From Escherichia coli (GTDB taxonomy: Bacteria; Pseudomonadota; Gammaproteobacteria; Enterobacterales; Enterobacteriaceae): a stretch of DNA of 24,000 nt. The notes below the pieces were generated by a model. That model made no database searches. It was not told where the DNA came from and saw nothing but the letters and a program-made list of their open reading frames with translations. Both the position numbers and the translations under genes were made by a program. Location: assembly GCA_011881725.1 (NCBI GenBank), contig JAATUR010000025.1. One strand, 5' to 3'. Below are positions 11,891 through 22,036 of the stretch, in pieces (position 1 is the stretch's first letter; each line of letters begins with the position of its first letter).

Positions 11891-12099
11891 GGCGGACTCC
11901 ACTCGAACAAAAGTCGATTATGACTAAGGCTGAAACATTCATGATTGTTGACGCACGTCGAAAAGACCCTGCATGAGGGTGACGCACGAACCGCTGTCTG
12001 CGGTTATATGCCCGATCAAGATCCTGCTAAACGATCGGGACCGCGGATCATAGCCTAAACTGCGCAAGAGATCTTCTGTTTCTCACAGATTTTCCCGAT

Positions 12100-12108
12100 T
12101 TATCCACA
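12100..12108 (+). promoter_or_regulatory. Consensus DnaA box (TTATCCACA) for dnaA autoregulation
   Basis: An exact 9-mer TTATCCACA lies at 12100-12108, about 210 bp upstream of the dnaA start. This is the position expected between the dnaA P1 and P2 promoters. Confidence 0.85.
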
Positions 12109-12171
12109 GGGCTTTCCAGAACCCGCTAAGTGTAAACGATCCTACCGCTCTGCGGGCACGATTTACGCCGC

Positions 12172-12200
12172 ATATTGGAAAATTTAATGACCTTAGACAA
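12172..12200 (-). promoter_or_regulatory. Putative dnaA P1 promoter
   Basis: The minus strand reads TTGTCT (12200-12195), a 17-nt spacer, then CAATAT (12177-12172). It lies upstream of the DnaA box. The assignment rests on sequence pattern only. Confidence 0.45.
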
Positions 12201-12240
12201 AATTAGGCTTAATCGATCTAATAAAGATCCTGGACGATCC

Positions 12241-12268
12241 TTGCGCTTTACCTGCCAGCCCGTATAAT
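12241..12268 (+). promoter_or_regulatory. Putative rpmH upstream promoter
   Basis: TTGCGC (12241-12246) is followed by a 16-nt spacer and a perfect TATAAT (12263-12268). Confidence 0.55.
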
Positions 12269-12365
12269 CCTCCACCCGGCGCGCCATGCTGGTTTTCACT
12301 GGTGTGAGGCCGTACATTTTCTCTGCGAAAAGGTGCGGAAAAGCGCGGTAAATAAGGAAAGAGAA

Positions 12366-12394
12366 TTGACTCCGGAGTGTACAATTATTACAAT
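12366..12394 (+). promoter_or_regulatory. Putative rpmH proximal promoter
   Basis: TTGACT (12366-12371) is followed by a 17-nt spacer and TACAAT (12389-12394). It lies about 100 nt upstream of the rpmH ATG. Confidence 0.65.
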
Positions 12395-12484
12395 CCGGCC
12401 TCTTTAATCACCCATGGCTTCGGTGTCCATCGTTTCATTTTTCGGCGGATATCCAATAAAGCCATTGAATTTATTCAAGTTTAG

Positions 12485-12637
<153 letters not shown>

Positions 12638-12653
12638 TATAGCTAACCCCTGC

Positions 12654-13013
12654 GTGGTTAAGCTCGCATTTCCCAGGGAGTTACGTTTGTTAACTCCCAG
12701 TCAATTCACATTCGTCTTCCAGCAGCCACAACGGGCTGGCACGCCGCAAATTACCATTCTCGGCCGCCTGAATTCGCTGGGGCATCCCCGTATCGGTCTT
12801 ACAGTCGCCAAGAAAAACGTTCGACGCGCCCATGAACGCAATCGGATTAAACGTCTGACGCGTGAAAGCTTCCGTCTGCGCCAACATGAACTCCCGGCTA
12901 TGGATTTCGTGGTGGTGGCGAAAAAAGGGGTTGCCGACCTCGATAACCGTGCTCTCTCGGAAGCGTTGGAAAAATTATGGCGCCGCCACTGTCGCCTGGC
13001 TCGCGGGTCCTGA
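12654..13013 (+). CDS. rnpA: RNase P protein component, 119 aa, GTG start
   Basis: The GTG at 12654 translates (M)[38 protein letters not shown]... It lies immediately downstream of rpmH, as in all enterobacteria. Confidence 0.97.
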
Positions 13014-13234
13014 TAGCCCTCATTCGGGTCTATCAACGCCTGATTAGTCCGCTACTCGGGCCGCATTGTCGTTTCACTCCAACCTGTTCAAGCTACGGAA
13101 TTGAGGCATTGCGCAGGTTTGGAGTGATAAAAGGCAGTTGGTTGACGGTGAAACGCGTATTAAAATGCCACCCTTTACACCCTGGTGGTGACGATCCCGT
13201 CCCGCCCGGACCATTTGATACCAGAGAACACTAA
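12977..13234 (+). CDS. yidD: Membrane protein insertion efficiency factor YidD, 85 aa
   Basis: The translation includes [41 protein letters not shown] (DUF37/haemolytic-domain motif). It overlaps the rnpA 3' end by 37 nt and ends 2 nt before yidC. Confidence 0.9.
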
Positions 13235-13236
13235 CG

Positions 13237-14883
13237 ATGGATTCGCAACGCAATCTTTTAGTCATCGCTTTGCTGTTCGTGTCTTTCATGATCTGGCAAG
13301 CCTGGGAGCAGGATAAAAATCCGCAACCTCAAGCTCAACAGACCACGCAGACAACGACCACCGCAGCGGGTAGCGCCGCCGACCAGGGCGTACCGGCCAG
13401 TGGCCAGGGGAAACTGATTTCTGTTAAGACCGACGTGCTTGATCTGACCATCAACACCCGTGGTGGTGATGTTGAACAGGCGCTGCTGCCGGCTTACCCG
13501 AAAGAGCTGAACTCTACCCAGCCGTTCCAGCTGCTGGAAACTTCACCGCAGTTTATTTATCAGGCACAGAGCGGTCTGACCGGTCGTGATGGCCCGGATA
13601 ACCCGGCTAACGGCCCACGTCCGCTGTATAACGTTGAAAAAGACGCTTATGTGCTGGCTGAAGGTCAAAACGAACTGCAGGTGCCGATGACGTATACCGA
13701 CGCGGCAGGCAACACGTTTACCAAAACGTTTGTCCTGAAACGTGGTGATTACGCTGTCAATGTCAACTACAACGTGCAGAACGCTGGCGAGAAACCGCTG
13801 GAGATCTCCACCTTTGGTCAGTTGAAGCAATCCATCACTCTGCCACCGCATCTCGACACCGGAAGCAGCAACTTCGCGCTGCACACCTTCCGTGGCGCGG
13901 CGTACTCCACGCCTGACGAGAAGTACGAGAAATACAAGTTCGATACCATTGCCGATAACGAAAACCTGAACATCTCCTCAAAAGGTGGTTGGGTGGCGAT
14001 GCTGCAACAGTATTTCGCGACAGCATGGATCCCGCATAACGACGGTACCAACAACTTCTACACCGCTAATCTGGATAACGGCATCGCCGCTATCGGCTAT
14101 AAATCTCAGCCGGTACTGGTTCAGCCTGGTCAGACTGGCGCGATGAACAGCACCCTGTGGGTTGGTCCGGAAATCCAGGACAAAATGGCGGCAGTTGCTC
14201 CACACCTGGATCTGACCGTTGATTACGGTTGGTTGTGGTTCATCTCTCAGCCACTGTTCAAACTGCTGAAATGGATCCATAGTTTTGTGGGTAACTGGGG
14301 CTTCTCCATTATCATCATCACCTTTATCGTTCGTGGCATCATGTACCCGCTGACCAAAGCGCAGTACACCTCCATGGCGAAGATGCGTATGCTGCAGCCG
14401 AAGATTCAGGCTATGCGCGAGCGTCTGGGCGATGACAAACAGCGTATCAGCCAGGAAATGATGGCGCTGTACAAAGCCGAGAAGGTTAACCCGCTGGGCG
14501 GCTGCTTCCCGCTGCTGATCCAGATGCCAATCTTCCTGGCGTTGTACTACATGCTGATGGGTTCCGTTGAACTGCGTCAGGCTCCGTTTGCACTGTGGAT
14601 CCACGACCTGTCCGCACAGGACCCGTACTACATCCTGCCGATCCTGATGGGCGTAACGATGTTCTTCATTCAGAAGATGTCGCCGACCACTGTGACCGAC
14701 CCGATGCAGCAGAAGATCATGACCTTTATGCCGGTCATCTTCACCGTGTTCTTCCTGTGGTTCCCGTCAGGTCTGGTGCTGTACTACATCGTCAGCAACC
14801 TGGTAACCATTATTCAGCAGCAGCTGATTTACCGTGGTCTGGAAAAACGTGGCCTGCATAGCCGCGAGAAGAAAAAATCCTGA
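13237..14883 (+). CDS. yidC: Membrane protein insertase YidC, 548 aa
   Basis: The translation begins [32 protein letters not shown]. It has a large periplasmic P1 domain and a conserved C-terminal 5-TM core, and it ends in a basic tail. Confidence 0.99.
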   Translation: MDSQRNLLVIALLFVSFMIWQAWEQDKNPQPQAQQTTQTTTTAAGSAADQGVPASGQGKLISVKTDVLDLTINTRGGDVEQALLPAYPKELNSTQPFQLLETSPQFIYQAQSGLTGRDGPDNPANGPRPLYNVEKDAYVLAEGQNELQVPMTYTDAAGNTFTKTFVLKRGDYAVNVNYNVQNAGEKPLEISTFGQLKQSITLPPHLDTGSSNFALHTFRGAAYSTPDEKYEKYKFDTIADNENLNISSKGGWVAMLQQYFATAWIPHNDGTNNFYTANLDNGIAAIGYKSQPVLVQPGQTGAMNSTLWVGPEIQDKMAAVAPHLDLTVDYGWLWFISQPLFKLLKWIHSFVGNWGFSIIIITFIVRGIMYPLTKAQYTSMAKMRMLQPKIQAMRERLGDDKQRISQEMMALYKAEKVNPLGGCFPLLIQMPIFLALYYMLMGSVELRQAPFALWIHDLSAQDPYYILPILMGVTMFFIQKMSPTTVTDPMQQKIMTFMPVIFTVFFLWFPSGLVLYYIVSNLVTIIQQQLIYRGLEKRGLHSREKKKS

Positions 14884-14905
14884 TTCGGTGAGTTTTCGCT
14901 AAAAT

Positions 14906-14937
14906 AAGGGCGGTCAGTTGACCGCCTTTTTTCTTTT
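14906..14937 (+). terminator. Rho-independent terminator/attenuator after yidC
   Basis: ggcggtca (14909-14916) pairs with tgaccgcc (14919-14926). It is followed by TTTTTTCTTTT. Confidence 0.75.
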
Positions 14938-14938
14938 C

Positions 14939-14967
14939 GTAGGGCGGATAAGCACAGCGCATCCGCC
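14939..14967. repeat. REP-like palindromic unit (degenerate)
   Basis: The sequence gtagggcggataagcacagcgcatccgcc has ggcggat and atccgcc arms around an aagcacagcgc loop. It resembles the REP consensus GCCGGATAAGGCG...GCATCCGGC. Confidence 0.45.
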
Positions 14968-14988
14968 AAACAAAGCAACAGGAACATC

Positions 14989-16353
14989 ATGAGCGATAAT
15001 GACACTATCGTAGCCCAGGCCACGCCTCCCGGACGTGGCGGTGTTGGCATCCTGCGCATCTCCGGCCTCAAAGCCCGTGAAGTTGCCGAAACCGTGTTGG
15101 GTAAATTGCCTAAGCCGCGCTACGCCGATTATCTTCCGTTTAAAGACGCCGACGGCAGCGTGCTGGATCAGGGTATCGCGCTATGGTTCCCTGGCCCGAA
15201 CTCGTTCACTGGCGAAGATGTGCTGGAACTGCAAGGTCATGGCGGCCCGGTGATCCTCGACCTGCTGTTAAAACGTATTCTGACCATTCCTGGTCTGCGG
15301 ATTGCCCGCCCTGGTGAGTTTTCCGAACGTGCGTTTCTTAACGATAAACTCGATTTAGCCCAGGCCGAAGCGATTGCGGATCTTATCGACGCCAGCTCGG
15401 AACAGGCGGCCCGCTCGGCGCTAAACTCGCTGCAAGGCGCGTTCTCGGCACGGGTGAATCATCTGGTAGAAGCCCTCACCCACTTGCGCATTTATGTCGA
15501 AGCGGCGATTGATTTCCCCGATGAAGAGATCGATTTCCTCTCCGACGGCAAAATTGAAGCCCAGCTCAATGACGTGATTGCCGATCTCGACGCGGTACGC
15601 GCCGAAGCGCGTCAGGGCAGCCTGTTGCGCGAAGGGATGAAAGTGGTGATTGCCGGGCGTCCTAACGCCGGTAAATCGAGCCTGTTAAACGCGCTGGCGG
15701 GGCGTGAAGCGGCAATCGTGACAGATATCGCCGGAACCACGCGCGACGTGCTGCGTGAGCATATCCACATTGACGGAATGCCATTGCATATCATCGATAC
15801 CGCCGGACTACGTGAAGCCAGCGACGAAGTGGAACGTATTGGTATCGAGCGTGCGTGGCAGGAAATTGAGCAGGCCGACCGTGTGCTGTTTATGGTTGAT
15901 GGCACCACGACAGACGCGGTTGATCCGGCAGAGATCTGGCCGGAATTTATCGCCCGTCTGCCCGCCAAACTGCCGATTACCGTGGTACGCAATAAAGCCG
16001 ATATCACCGGCGAAACGCTGGGAATGAGTGAAGTGAACGGTCACGCGTTAATTCGTCTTTCTGCAAGGACTGGCGAAGGCGTGGACGTGCTGCGTAACCA
16101 TCTCAAACAGAGCATGGGCTTTGACACCAATATGGAAGGTGGCTTCCTGGCGCGCCGTCGTCACTTACAGGCACTGGAACAGGCGGCGGAGCATCTGCAA
16201 CAGGGTAAAGCACAACTGTTAGGTGCCTGGGCGGGCGAGCTGCTGGCGGAAGAGCTGCGCCTGGCACAGCAGAACTTAAGCGAAATTACCGGGGAATTTA
16301 CTTCTGACGACCTGCTGGGACGGATTTTCTCCAGCTTCTGTATCGGTAAGTAA
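14989..16353 (+). CDS. mnmE: tRNA modification GTPase MnmE (TrmE/ThdF), 454 aa
   Basis: The translation begins [26 protein letters not shown]. It contains the G-domain motifs [18 protein letters not shown] and NKAD, and it ends in the C-terminal CIGK motif. Confidence 0.98.
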
Positions 16354-16362
16354 CCGCACTTA

Positions 16363-16396
16363 CGAAGCCGCATTCTGACTGTCAGATGCGGCTTCG
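16363..16396 (+). terminator. Strong hairpin after mnmE; probable terminator with a weak U-tract
   Basis: cgaagccgcat (16363-16373) pairs with atgcggcttcg (16386-16396). An inner stem ctgac/gtcag adds to it. The downstream sequence is cttcattgtt. Confidence 0.5.
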
Positions 16397-16504
16397 CTTC
16401 ATTGTTAGCATTCCTGTTATTCCTCAACCCTTTTTTAAAATATTAAAATTCTTACGTAATTTATAATCTTTAAATAAAGCATTTAATATTGCGTCCCGAA
16501 CGAT

Positions 16505-16520
16505 TGTGATTCGATTCACA
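16505..16520. promoter_or_regulatory. CRP-cAMP binding site of the tna promoter
   Basis: A perfect TGTGA-N6-TCACA (tgtgattcgattcaca) is present. A candidate -10 element TAATAA(T) lies at 16557-16563, which places the CRP site near -61.5, as described for tnaCAB. Confidence 0.85.
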
Positions 16521-16595
16521 TTTAAACAATTTCAGAATAGACAAAAATCCTGAGTGTAATAATGTAGCGGCGTGTCTTTCGAGGATAAGTGCATT

Positions 16596-16670
16596 ATGAA
16601 TATCTTACATATATGTGTGACCTCAAAATGGTTCAATATCGACAATAAGATTGTTGATCACCGCCCTTAA
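16596..16670 (+). CDS. tnaC: Tryptophanase operon leader peptide TnaC, 24 aa
   Basis: This gene is not in the ORF track because it is short. The ATG at 16596 translates MNILHICVTSKWFNIDNKIVDHRP, with TAA at 16668-16670. The critical residues W12, D16 and P24 are all present. Confidence 0.95.
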   Translation: MNILHICVTSKWFNIDNKIVDHRP

Positions 16671-16893
16671 TTTACCCTTCTGTAGCCATCACCAGAGCCA
16701 AACCGATTAGATTCAATGTGATCGATTAGTTTGCTATATCGTAATTTTACCTTTTGCAAAGGCTATCTCTCATTTATTTACTTGTTTCCGTAAATGATGG
16801 TCCTTGCATATATATCTGGTGAATTAATAGATATTGCAAATGTAACATTCACAGGGATCACTGTAATTATTAAAATAAATGAAGGATTATGTA
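16671..16893 (+). promoter_or_regulatory. tnaC-tnaA transcribed spacer with boxA-like/rut sequences and Rho-dependent termination sites
   Basis: This is a 223-nt untranslated spacer. The boxA-like sequence cgcccttaa overlaps the tnaC stop. A C-rich, unstructured stretch follows (tttacccttctgtagccatcaccagagccaaaccg). Its function is inferred from the established tna attenuation mechanism. Confidence 0.7.
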
Positions 16894-18309
16894 ATGGAAA
16901 ACTTTAAACATCTCCCTGAACCGTTCCGCATTCGTGTTATTGAGCCAGTAAAACGTACAACTCGCGCTTACCGTGAAGAAGCGATTATTAAATCGGGAAT
17001 GAACCCGTTCCTGCTGGATAGCGAAGATGTGTTTATCGATTTACTGACCGACAGCGGCACCGGGGCGGTGACTCAAAGTATGCAGGCGGCGATGATGCGC
17101 GGCGACGAAGCCTACAGTGGCAGCCGTAGCTACTACGCGTTAGCTGAGTCAGTGAAAAATATCTTTGGTTATCAATACACCATTCCGACTCACCAGGGCC
17201 GTGGCGCAGAGCAAATCTATATTCCGGTACTGATTAAAAAACGCGAGCAGGAAAAAGGCCTGGATCGCAGCAAAATGGTGGCGTTCTCTAACTATTTCTT
17301 TGATACCACTCAGGGCCATAGCCAGATTAACGGCTGTACCGTGCGTAACGTCTATATCAAAGAAGCGTTTGATACTGGCGTACGTTACGACTTTAAAGGC
17401 AACTTTGACCTCGAAGGATTAGAACGCGGTATTGAAGAAGTTGGTCCGAATAACGTGCCGTATATCGTTGCAACCATTACCAGCAACTCCGCAGGCGGCC
17501 AGCCGGTTTCACTGGCGAACATGAAAGCGATGTACAGCATTGCGAAGAAATACGATATTCCAGTAGTCATGGACTCCGCACGCTTTGCCGAAAACGCCTA
17601 TTTCATCAAACAGCGTGAAGCGGAATATAAAGACTGGACTATCGAGCAGATCACCCGCGAAACCTATAAATATGCCGATATGCTGGCGATGTCCGCCAAG
17701 AAAGATGCGATGGTGCCGATGGGCGGTTTGCTGTGCGTGAAAGACGACAGCTTCTTTGATGTGTACACCGAGTGCAGAACGCTGTGCGTGGTGCAGGAAG
17801 GCTTCCCGACGTATGGTGGTCTGGAAGGCGGCGCGATGGAGCGTCTGGCGGTAGGTCTGTATGACGGCATGAATCATGACTGGCTGGCCTATCGTATTGC
17901 GCAGGTGCAGTATCTGGTCGATGGTCTGGAAGAGATTGGCGTTGTCTGCCAGCAGGCGGGGGGTCACGCGGCATTCGTTGATGCCGGTAAACTGTTGCCG
18001 CATATCCCTGCAGATCAATTCCCGGCACAGGCGCTGGCGTGCGAGCTGTATAAAGTCGCCGGTATCCGTGCGGTAGAAATTGGCTCTTTCCTGTTAGGCC
18101 GCGATCCGAAAACCGGTAAACAACTGCCGTGCCCGGCTGAGCTGCTGCGTTTAACCATTCCGCGCGCAACATATACTCAAACACATATGGACTTCATTAT
18201 TGAAGCCTTTAAACATGTGAAAGAGAACGCGGCGAATATTAAAGGGTTAACCTTTACCTACGAGCCAAAAGTATTGCGTCACTTCACCGCAAAACTGAAA
18301 GAAGTTTAA
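16894..18309 (+). CDS. tnaA: Tryptophanase (tryptophan indole-lyase), 471 aa
   Basis: The ORF track frame is 16879-18309. The start is chosen at ATG 16894 ([31 protein letters not shown]), preceded by GGA in aaggattatgta. The PLP-lysine region [12 protein letters not shown] is present. Confidence 0.98.
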   Translation: MENFKHLPEPFRIRVIEPVKRTTRAYREEAIIKSGMNPFLLDSEDVFIDLLTDSGTGAVTQSMQAAMMRGDEAYSGSRSYYALAESVKNIFGYQYTIPTHQGRGAEQIYIPVLIKKREQEKGLDRSKMVAFSNYFFDTTQGHSQINGCTVRNVYIKEAFDTGVRYDFKGNFDLEGLERGIEEVGPNNVPYIVATITSNSAGGQPVSLANMKAMYSIAKKYDIPVVMDSARFAENAYFIKQREAEYKDWTIEQITRETYKYADMLAMSAKKDAMVPMGGLLCVKDDSFFDVYTECRTLCVVQEGFPTYGGLEGGAMERLAVGLYDGMNHDWLAYRIAQVQYLVDGLEEIGVVCQQAGGHAAFVDAGKLLPHIPADQFPAQALACELYKVAGIRAVEIGSFLLGRDPKTGKQLPCPAELLRLTIPRATYTQTHMDFIIEAFKHVKENAANIKGLTFTYEPKVLRHFTAKLKEV

Positions 18310-18320
18310 TTAATACATTC

Positions 18321-18349
18321 AGAGTGGCTATAAGGATGTTAGCCACTCT
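18321..18349 (+). other. Intercistronic stem-loop between tnaA and tnaB
   Basis: agagtggct (18321-18329) pairs perfectly with agccactct (18341-18349) around an 11-nt loop. No U-tract follows, so it is likely an mRNA structural or stability element rather than a terminator. Confidence 0.4.
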
Positions 18350-18400
18350 AACTCCCTACATCTTCAATAACAAAAATAGCCTTCCTCTAAAGGTGGCATC

Positions 18401-19648
18401 ATGACTGATCAAGCTGAAAAAAAGCACTCTGCATTTTGGGGTGTTATGGTTATAGCAGGTACAGTAATTGGCGGTGGGATGTTTGCTTTACCTGTTGACC
18501 TTGCCGGTGCCTGGTTTTTTTGGGGCGCTTTTATTCTTATTATCGCCTGGTTTTCAATGTTACATTCAGGGCTGTTATTATTAGAAGCAAACTTAAATTA
18601 TCCTGTCGGATCCAGTTTTAACACAATCACCAAAGATTTAATTGGCAACACCTGGAACATTATTAGCGGTATTACCGTTGCCTTCGTTCTCTATATTCTC
18701 ACTTATGCCTATATCTCTGCTAACGGCGCAATCATTAGCGAAACGATATCGATGAATTTGGGCTATCACGCTAATCCACGCATTGTCGGGATCTGCACAG
18801 CCATTTTCGTTGCCAGCGTATTGTGGATAAGTTCGTTAGCCGCCAGTCGTATTACCTCGTTGTTCCTCGGGCTGAAGATTATCTCCTTTGTGATCGTGTT
18901 TGGTTCTTTTTTCTTCCAGGTCGATTACGCCATTCTGCGCGACTCCACCAGCACCACTGCGGGAACGTCTTACTTCCCGTATATCTTTATGGCTTTGCCG
19001 GTGTGCCTGGCGTCATTTGGTTTTCACGGCAATATTCCCAGCCTGATTATTTGCTATGGTAAACGCAAAGATAAACTCATCAAAAGCGTGGTTTTCGGTT
19101 CGCTACTGGCGCTGGTGATTTATCTCTTCTGGCTCTATTGCACGATGGGGAATATTCCGCGAGAAAGCTTTAAGGCGATTATCTCTTCGGGCGGTAACGT
19201 TGATTCGCTGGTGAAATCGTTCCTCGGCACCAAACAGCATGGCATTATCGAGTTTTGCCTGCTGGTGTTCTCCAACTTAGCTGTCGCCAGTTCGTTCTTT
19301 GGTGTCACGCTGGGATTGTTCGATTATCTGGCGGATCTGTTTAAGATTGATAACTCCCACATCGGGCGTTTCAAAACCGTGCTGTTAACCTTCCTGCCAC
19401 CTGCGTTGTTGTATCTCGTCTTCCCGAATGGCTTTATTTACGGGATTGGCGGCGCCGGGCTGTGCGCCACCATCTGGGCGGTCATTATCCCCGCAGTGCT
19501 GGCAATCAAAGCGCGCAAGAAGTTTCCCAATCAGATATTCACAGTCTGGGGCGGCAATATTATTCCGGCGATTGTTATTCTCTTTGGCATAACCGTAATT
19601 TTGTGCTGGTTCGGTAATGTCTTCAATGTGTTACCTAAATTTGGTTAA
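18401..19648 (+). CDS. tnaB: Low-affinity tryptophan permease TnaB (aromatic amino acid/H+ symporter family), 415 aa
   Basis: The translation begins MTDQAEKKHSAFWGVMVIAGTVIGGGMFALPVDLAGAWFFWG. It is a polytopic membrane protein and the third gene of the tna operon. Confidence 0.97.
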   Translation: MTDQAEKKHSAFWGVMVIAGTVIGGGMFALPVDLAGAWFFWGAFILIIAWFSMLHSGLLLLEANLNYPVGSSFNTITKDLIGNTWNIISGITVAFVLYILTYAYISANGAIISETISMNLGYHANPRIVGICTAIFVASVLWISSLAASRITSLFLGLKIISFVIVFGSFFFQVDYAILRDSTSTTAGTSYFPYIFMALPVCLASFGFHGNIPSLIICYGKRKDKLIKSVVFGSLLALVIYLFWLYCTMGNIPRESFKAIISSGGNVDSLVKSFLGTKQHGIIEFCLLVFSNLAVASSFFGVTLGLFDYLADLFKIDNSHIGRFKTVLLTFLPPALLYLVFPNGFIYGIGGAGLCATIWAVIIPAVLAIKARKKFPNQIFTVWGGNIIPAIVILFGITVILCWFGNVFNVLPKFG

Positions 19649-19655
19649 ACACGTC

Positions 19656-19686
19656 AAAAAGCCAGCGGTCATTCGCTGGCTTTTTG
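19656..19686 (+). terminator. Rho-independent terminator of the tna operon
   Basis: The sequence is aaaaa-gccagcg-gtcatt-cgctggc-ttttt. It has a 7-bp GC stem extended by A/T pairs, followed by a T5 run. Confidence 0.8.
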
Positions 19687-19782
19687 CCTGACAGGAAATC
19701 TCTTTTGTCCAAATGGCAACTCGCCTGATTCTCCTTCACCACGTATGCTTTGCGTCACCTTACTATCAGGACGCTTTATCCC

Positions 19783-20958
19783 ATGTCCCGCTTTTTGATT
19801 TGTAGTTTTGCCCTGGTTTTACTTTATCCCGCCGGGATTGACATGTACCTCGTTGGTTTACCGCGCATCGCCGCCGATCTCAATGCCAGTGAGGCGCAGC
19901 TGCATATAGCGTTCTCCGTTTATCTGGCAGGAATGGCGACAGCGATGTTATTCGCCGGAAAAGTGGCCGACCGTTCAGGGAGAAAACCTGTCGCCATACC
20001 TGGCGCGGCGCTATTTATTATCGCCTCTGTGTTCTGTTCACTGGCTGAAACCAGCGAGTTATTTCTTGCAGGGCGATTTCTACAGGGGCTGGGCGCGGGC
20101 TGTTGTTACGTGGTGGCGTTCGCCATTTTACGCGACACGCTCGACGATCGACGTCGGGCAAAAGTATTGTCGTTACTCAACGGCATTACCTGCATCATTC
20201 CGGTGTTAGCGCCGGTGCTCGGACACCTGATTATGCTTAAATTCCCATGGCAGAGTCTGTTCTGGACGATGGCAACAATGGGCGTCGCGGTACTTATGTT
20301 GTCTTTGTTTATTTTAAAAGAAACGCGCCCTGCGGCTCCCGCAGCTTCAGACAAACCACGAGAAAATAGCGAGTCGCTGCTTAACCGGTTTTTCCTCAGC
20401 CGTGTGATTATCACCACCCTCAGCGTTTCGGTGATCCTCACTTTCGTCAATACATCGCCGGTATTACTGATGGAAATCATGGGCTTTGAGCGTGGTGAAT
20501 ATGCCACCATTATGGCGTTGACCGCTGGCGTCAGCATGGCGGTTTCATTCTCCACGCCATTTGCGCTGGGGATCTTTAAGCCGCGTACGTTGATGATCAC
20601 CTCTCAGGTGTTATTCCTGGCAGCGGGTATCACCCTTGCGGTTTCGCCTTCCCACGCAATTTCTTTGTTTGGTATCACGCTGATTTGCGCCGGTTTCTCC
20701 GTAGGTTTTGGCGTGGCAATGAGTCAGGCATTAGGGCCGTTTTCATTACGCGCGGGCGTAGCCAGTTCGACCTTAGGCATCGCACAGGTTTGCGGTTCAT
20801 CACTGTGGATTTGGCTGGCTGCGGTAGTCGGCGTAGGCGCATGGAATATGCTGATCGGGATTCTGATTGCCTGTAGCATAGTGAGTCTGTTGCTGATTAT
20901 GCTCGTCGCGCCTGGACGTACCGTTGCCGCTCATGAAGAAATCCATCACCACACTTGA
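19783..20958 (+). CDS. mdtL: MFS multidrug efflux transporter MdtL, 391 aa
   Basis: The ORF track frame is 19750-20958. The start is chosen at ATG 19783 ([33 protein letters not shown]), matching E. coli MdtL. It is a 12-TM MFS protein with the motif [12 protein letters not shown]. Confidence 0.92.
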   Translation: MSRFLICSFALVLLYPAGIDMYLVGLPRIAADLNASEAQLHIAFSVYLAGMATAMLFAGKVADRSGRKPVAIPGAALFIIASVFCSLAETSELFLAGRFLQGLGAGCCYVVAFAILRDTLDDRRRAKVLSLLNGITCIIPVLAPVLGHLIMLKFPWQSLFWTMATMGVAVLMLSLFILKETRPAAPAASDKPRENSESLLNRFFLSRVIITTLSVSVILTFVNTSPVLLMEIMGFERGEYATIMALTAGVSMAVSFSTPFALGIFKPRTLMITSQVLFLAAGITLAVSPSHAISLFGITLICAGFSVGFGVAMSQALGPFSLRAGVASSTLGIAQVCGSSLWIWLAAVVGVGAWNMLIGILIACSIVSLLLIMLVAPGRTVAAHEEIHHHT

Positions 20959-21892
20959 TCTGAATCTACTGCTCTGCCTGCAACTGCTGATGCAGGAGCG
21001 TAGCGTGACCAAAGCGGCGAAGCGGATGAATGTCACGCCTTCAGCGGTGAGTAAGTCTCTGGCAAAGCTGCGGGCATGGTTTGATGACCCGCTCTTTGTG
21101 AACTCACCGCGGGGTTTGACGCCAACGCCGCTGATGGTCAGCATGGAGCAAAATCTGGCGGAGTGGATGCAAATAAGCAACCTGCTGCTGGATAAACCGC
21201 ACCACCAAACGCCACGTGGCCTGAAGTTTGAGCTGGCGGCGGAATCACCGCTGATGATGATCATGCTTAACGCGCTATCGAAGCAGATCTATCAGCGTTA
21301 CCCACAGGCGACCATCAAACTACGCAACTGGGATTACGATTCGCTGGATGCGATTACCCGTGGCGAAGTGGATATCGGTTTTTCTGGTCGCGAAAGTCAT
21401 CCCCGTTCGCGGGAGTTGCTAAGCTCTCTGCCGTTATCCATTGATTACGAGGTGCTGTTTAGTGATTTACCCTGCGTCTGGCTGCGCAAAGATCATCCGG
21501 CATTGAGCGAAGTGTGGGATCTGGACACCTTTTTACGTTATCCGCATATCAGCATTTGCTGGGAACAGAGCGATACCTGGGCACTGGATAATGTGTTGCA
21601 GGAGTTGGGCCGTGAACGCACGATCGCCATGAGCCTACCGGAATTCGAGCAATCGCTGTTTATGGCGGCGCAACCCGACAATCTGTTACTGGCGACTGCG
21701 CCGCGCTACTGTCAGTATTACAATCAGCTCCACCAGCTTCCGCTAATTGCTCTCCCTCTCCCGTTTGACGAAAGCCAACAAAAGAAACTAGAAGTTCCTT
21801 TTACCCTGCTGTGGCATAAACGGAACAGCCATAATCCGAAGATCGTCTGGTTACGTGAAACCATTAAAAATCTTTATGCTTCGATGGCATAA
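20933..21892 (+). CDS. yidZ: LysR-family transcriptional regulator YidZ, 319 aa
   Basis: The ORF track frame is 20924-21892. The start is chosen at ATG 20933 ([47 protein letters not shown]), which gives an N-terminal LysR HTH domain. It overlaps the mdtL 3' end by 26 nt. Confidence 0.9.
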   Translation: MKKSITTLDLNLLLCLQLLMQERSVTKAAKRMNVTPSAVSKSLAKLRAWFDDPLFVNSPRGLTPTPLMVSMEQNLAEWMQISNLLLDKPHHQTPRGLKFELAAESPLMMIMLNALSKQIYQRYPQATIKLRNWDYDSLDAITRGEVDIGFSGRESHPRSRELLSSLPLSIDYEVLFSDLPCVWLRKDHPALSEVWDLDTFLRYPHISICWEQSDTWALDNVLQELGRERTIAMSLPEFEQSLFMAAQPDNLLLATAPRYCQYYNQLHQLPLIALPLPFDESQQKKLEVPFTLLWHKRNSHNPKIVWLRETIKNLYASMA

Positions 21893-22036
21893 CGGAATCG
21901 TATGAAACGCGCCCCTGTTTCGCAATAAAATGTAAAAAACTTGTAATAAACTTGTCTGAGTCGAACTTTTACCCGTTTAAGTCTGTCCATAATTCCAGTA
22001 AATGATTACTCTTGTATTTATAATGGACCATTAAGC

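Larger units (their letters stand above)
12014..12239. promoter_or_regulatory. GATC (Dam/SeqA) cluster in the dnaA promoter region
   Basis: Nine GATC sites start at 12014, 12020, 12033, 12046, 12070, 12138, 12215, 12226 and 12236. They span 226 bp, where about one site is expected by chance. This matches the known SeqA sequestration of the dnaA promoter. Confidence 0.8.

Noticed and set aside
12126-12384. Two 63-aa minus-strand ORFs in the dnaA-rpmH intergenic region
   Set aside because: They overlap each other and the mapped promoter, GATC and DnaA-box elements. They lack Shine-Dalgarno sequences, and their composition is not protein-like.
13978-14604. 208-aa minus-strand ORF inside yidC
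   Set aside because: It is antisense to the conserved YidC core. The composition (rich in H, Q, R and D) is typical of reverse-frame translation, and no signals support expression.
16879-16893. Upstream tnaA start (MKDYV-MENF...)
   Set aside because: The established tryptophanase N-terminus is [11 protein letters not shown]. The ATG at 16894 is preceded by a purine-rich GGA element at appropriate spacing.
17509-18184. Two overlapping minus-strand ORFs (169 and 177 aa) inside tnaA
   Set aside because: Both are antisense to tryptophanase. They are proline/arginine-rich nonsense-like translations and are mutually overlapping frames, so neither is credible.
18822-18830. Second exact DnaA-box 9-mer (TGTGGATAA) inside tnaB
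   Set aside because: It is a single isolated site within coding sequence (codons L-W-I-S). About 0.2 exact sites are expected by chance per 24 kb on both strands. There are no neighbouring boxes and no known datA/DARS-like context.
20800-21264. 154-aa minus-strand ORF spanning the mdtL/yidZ junction
   Set aside because: It is antisense to two well-supported genes, and no motif or ribosome-binding site is present.
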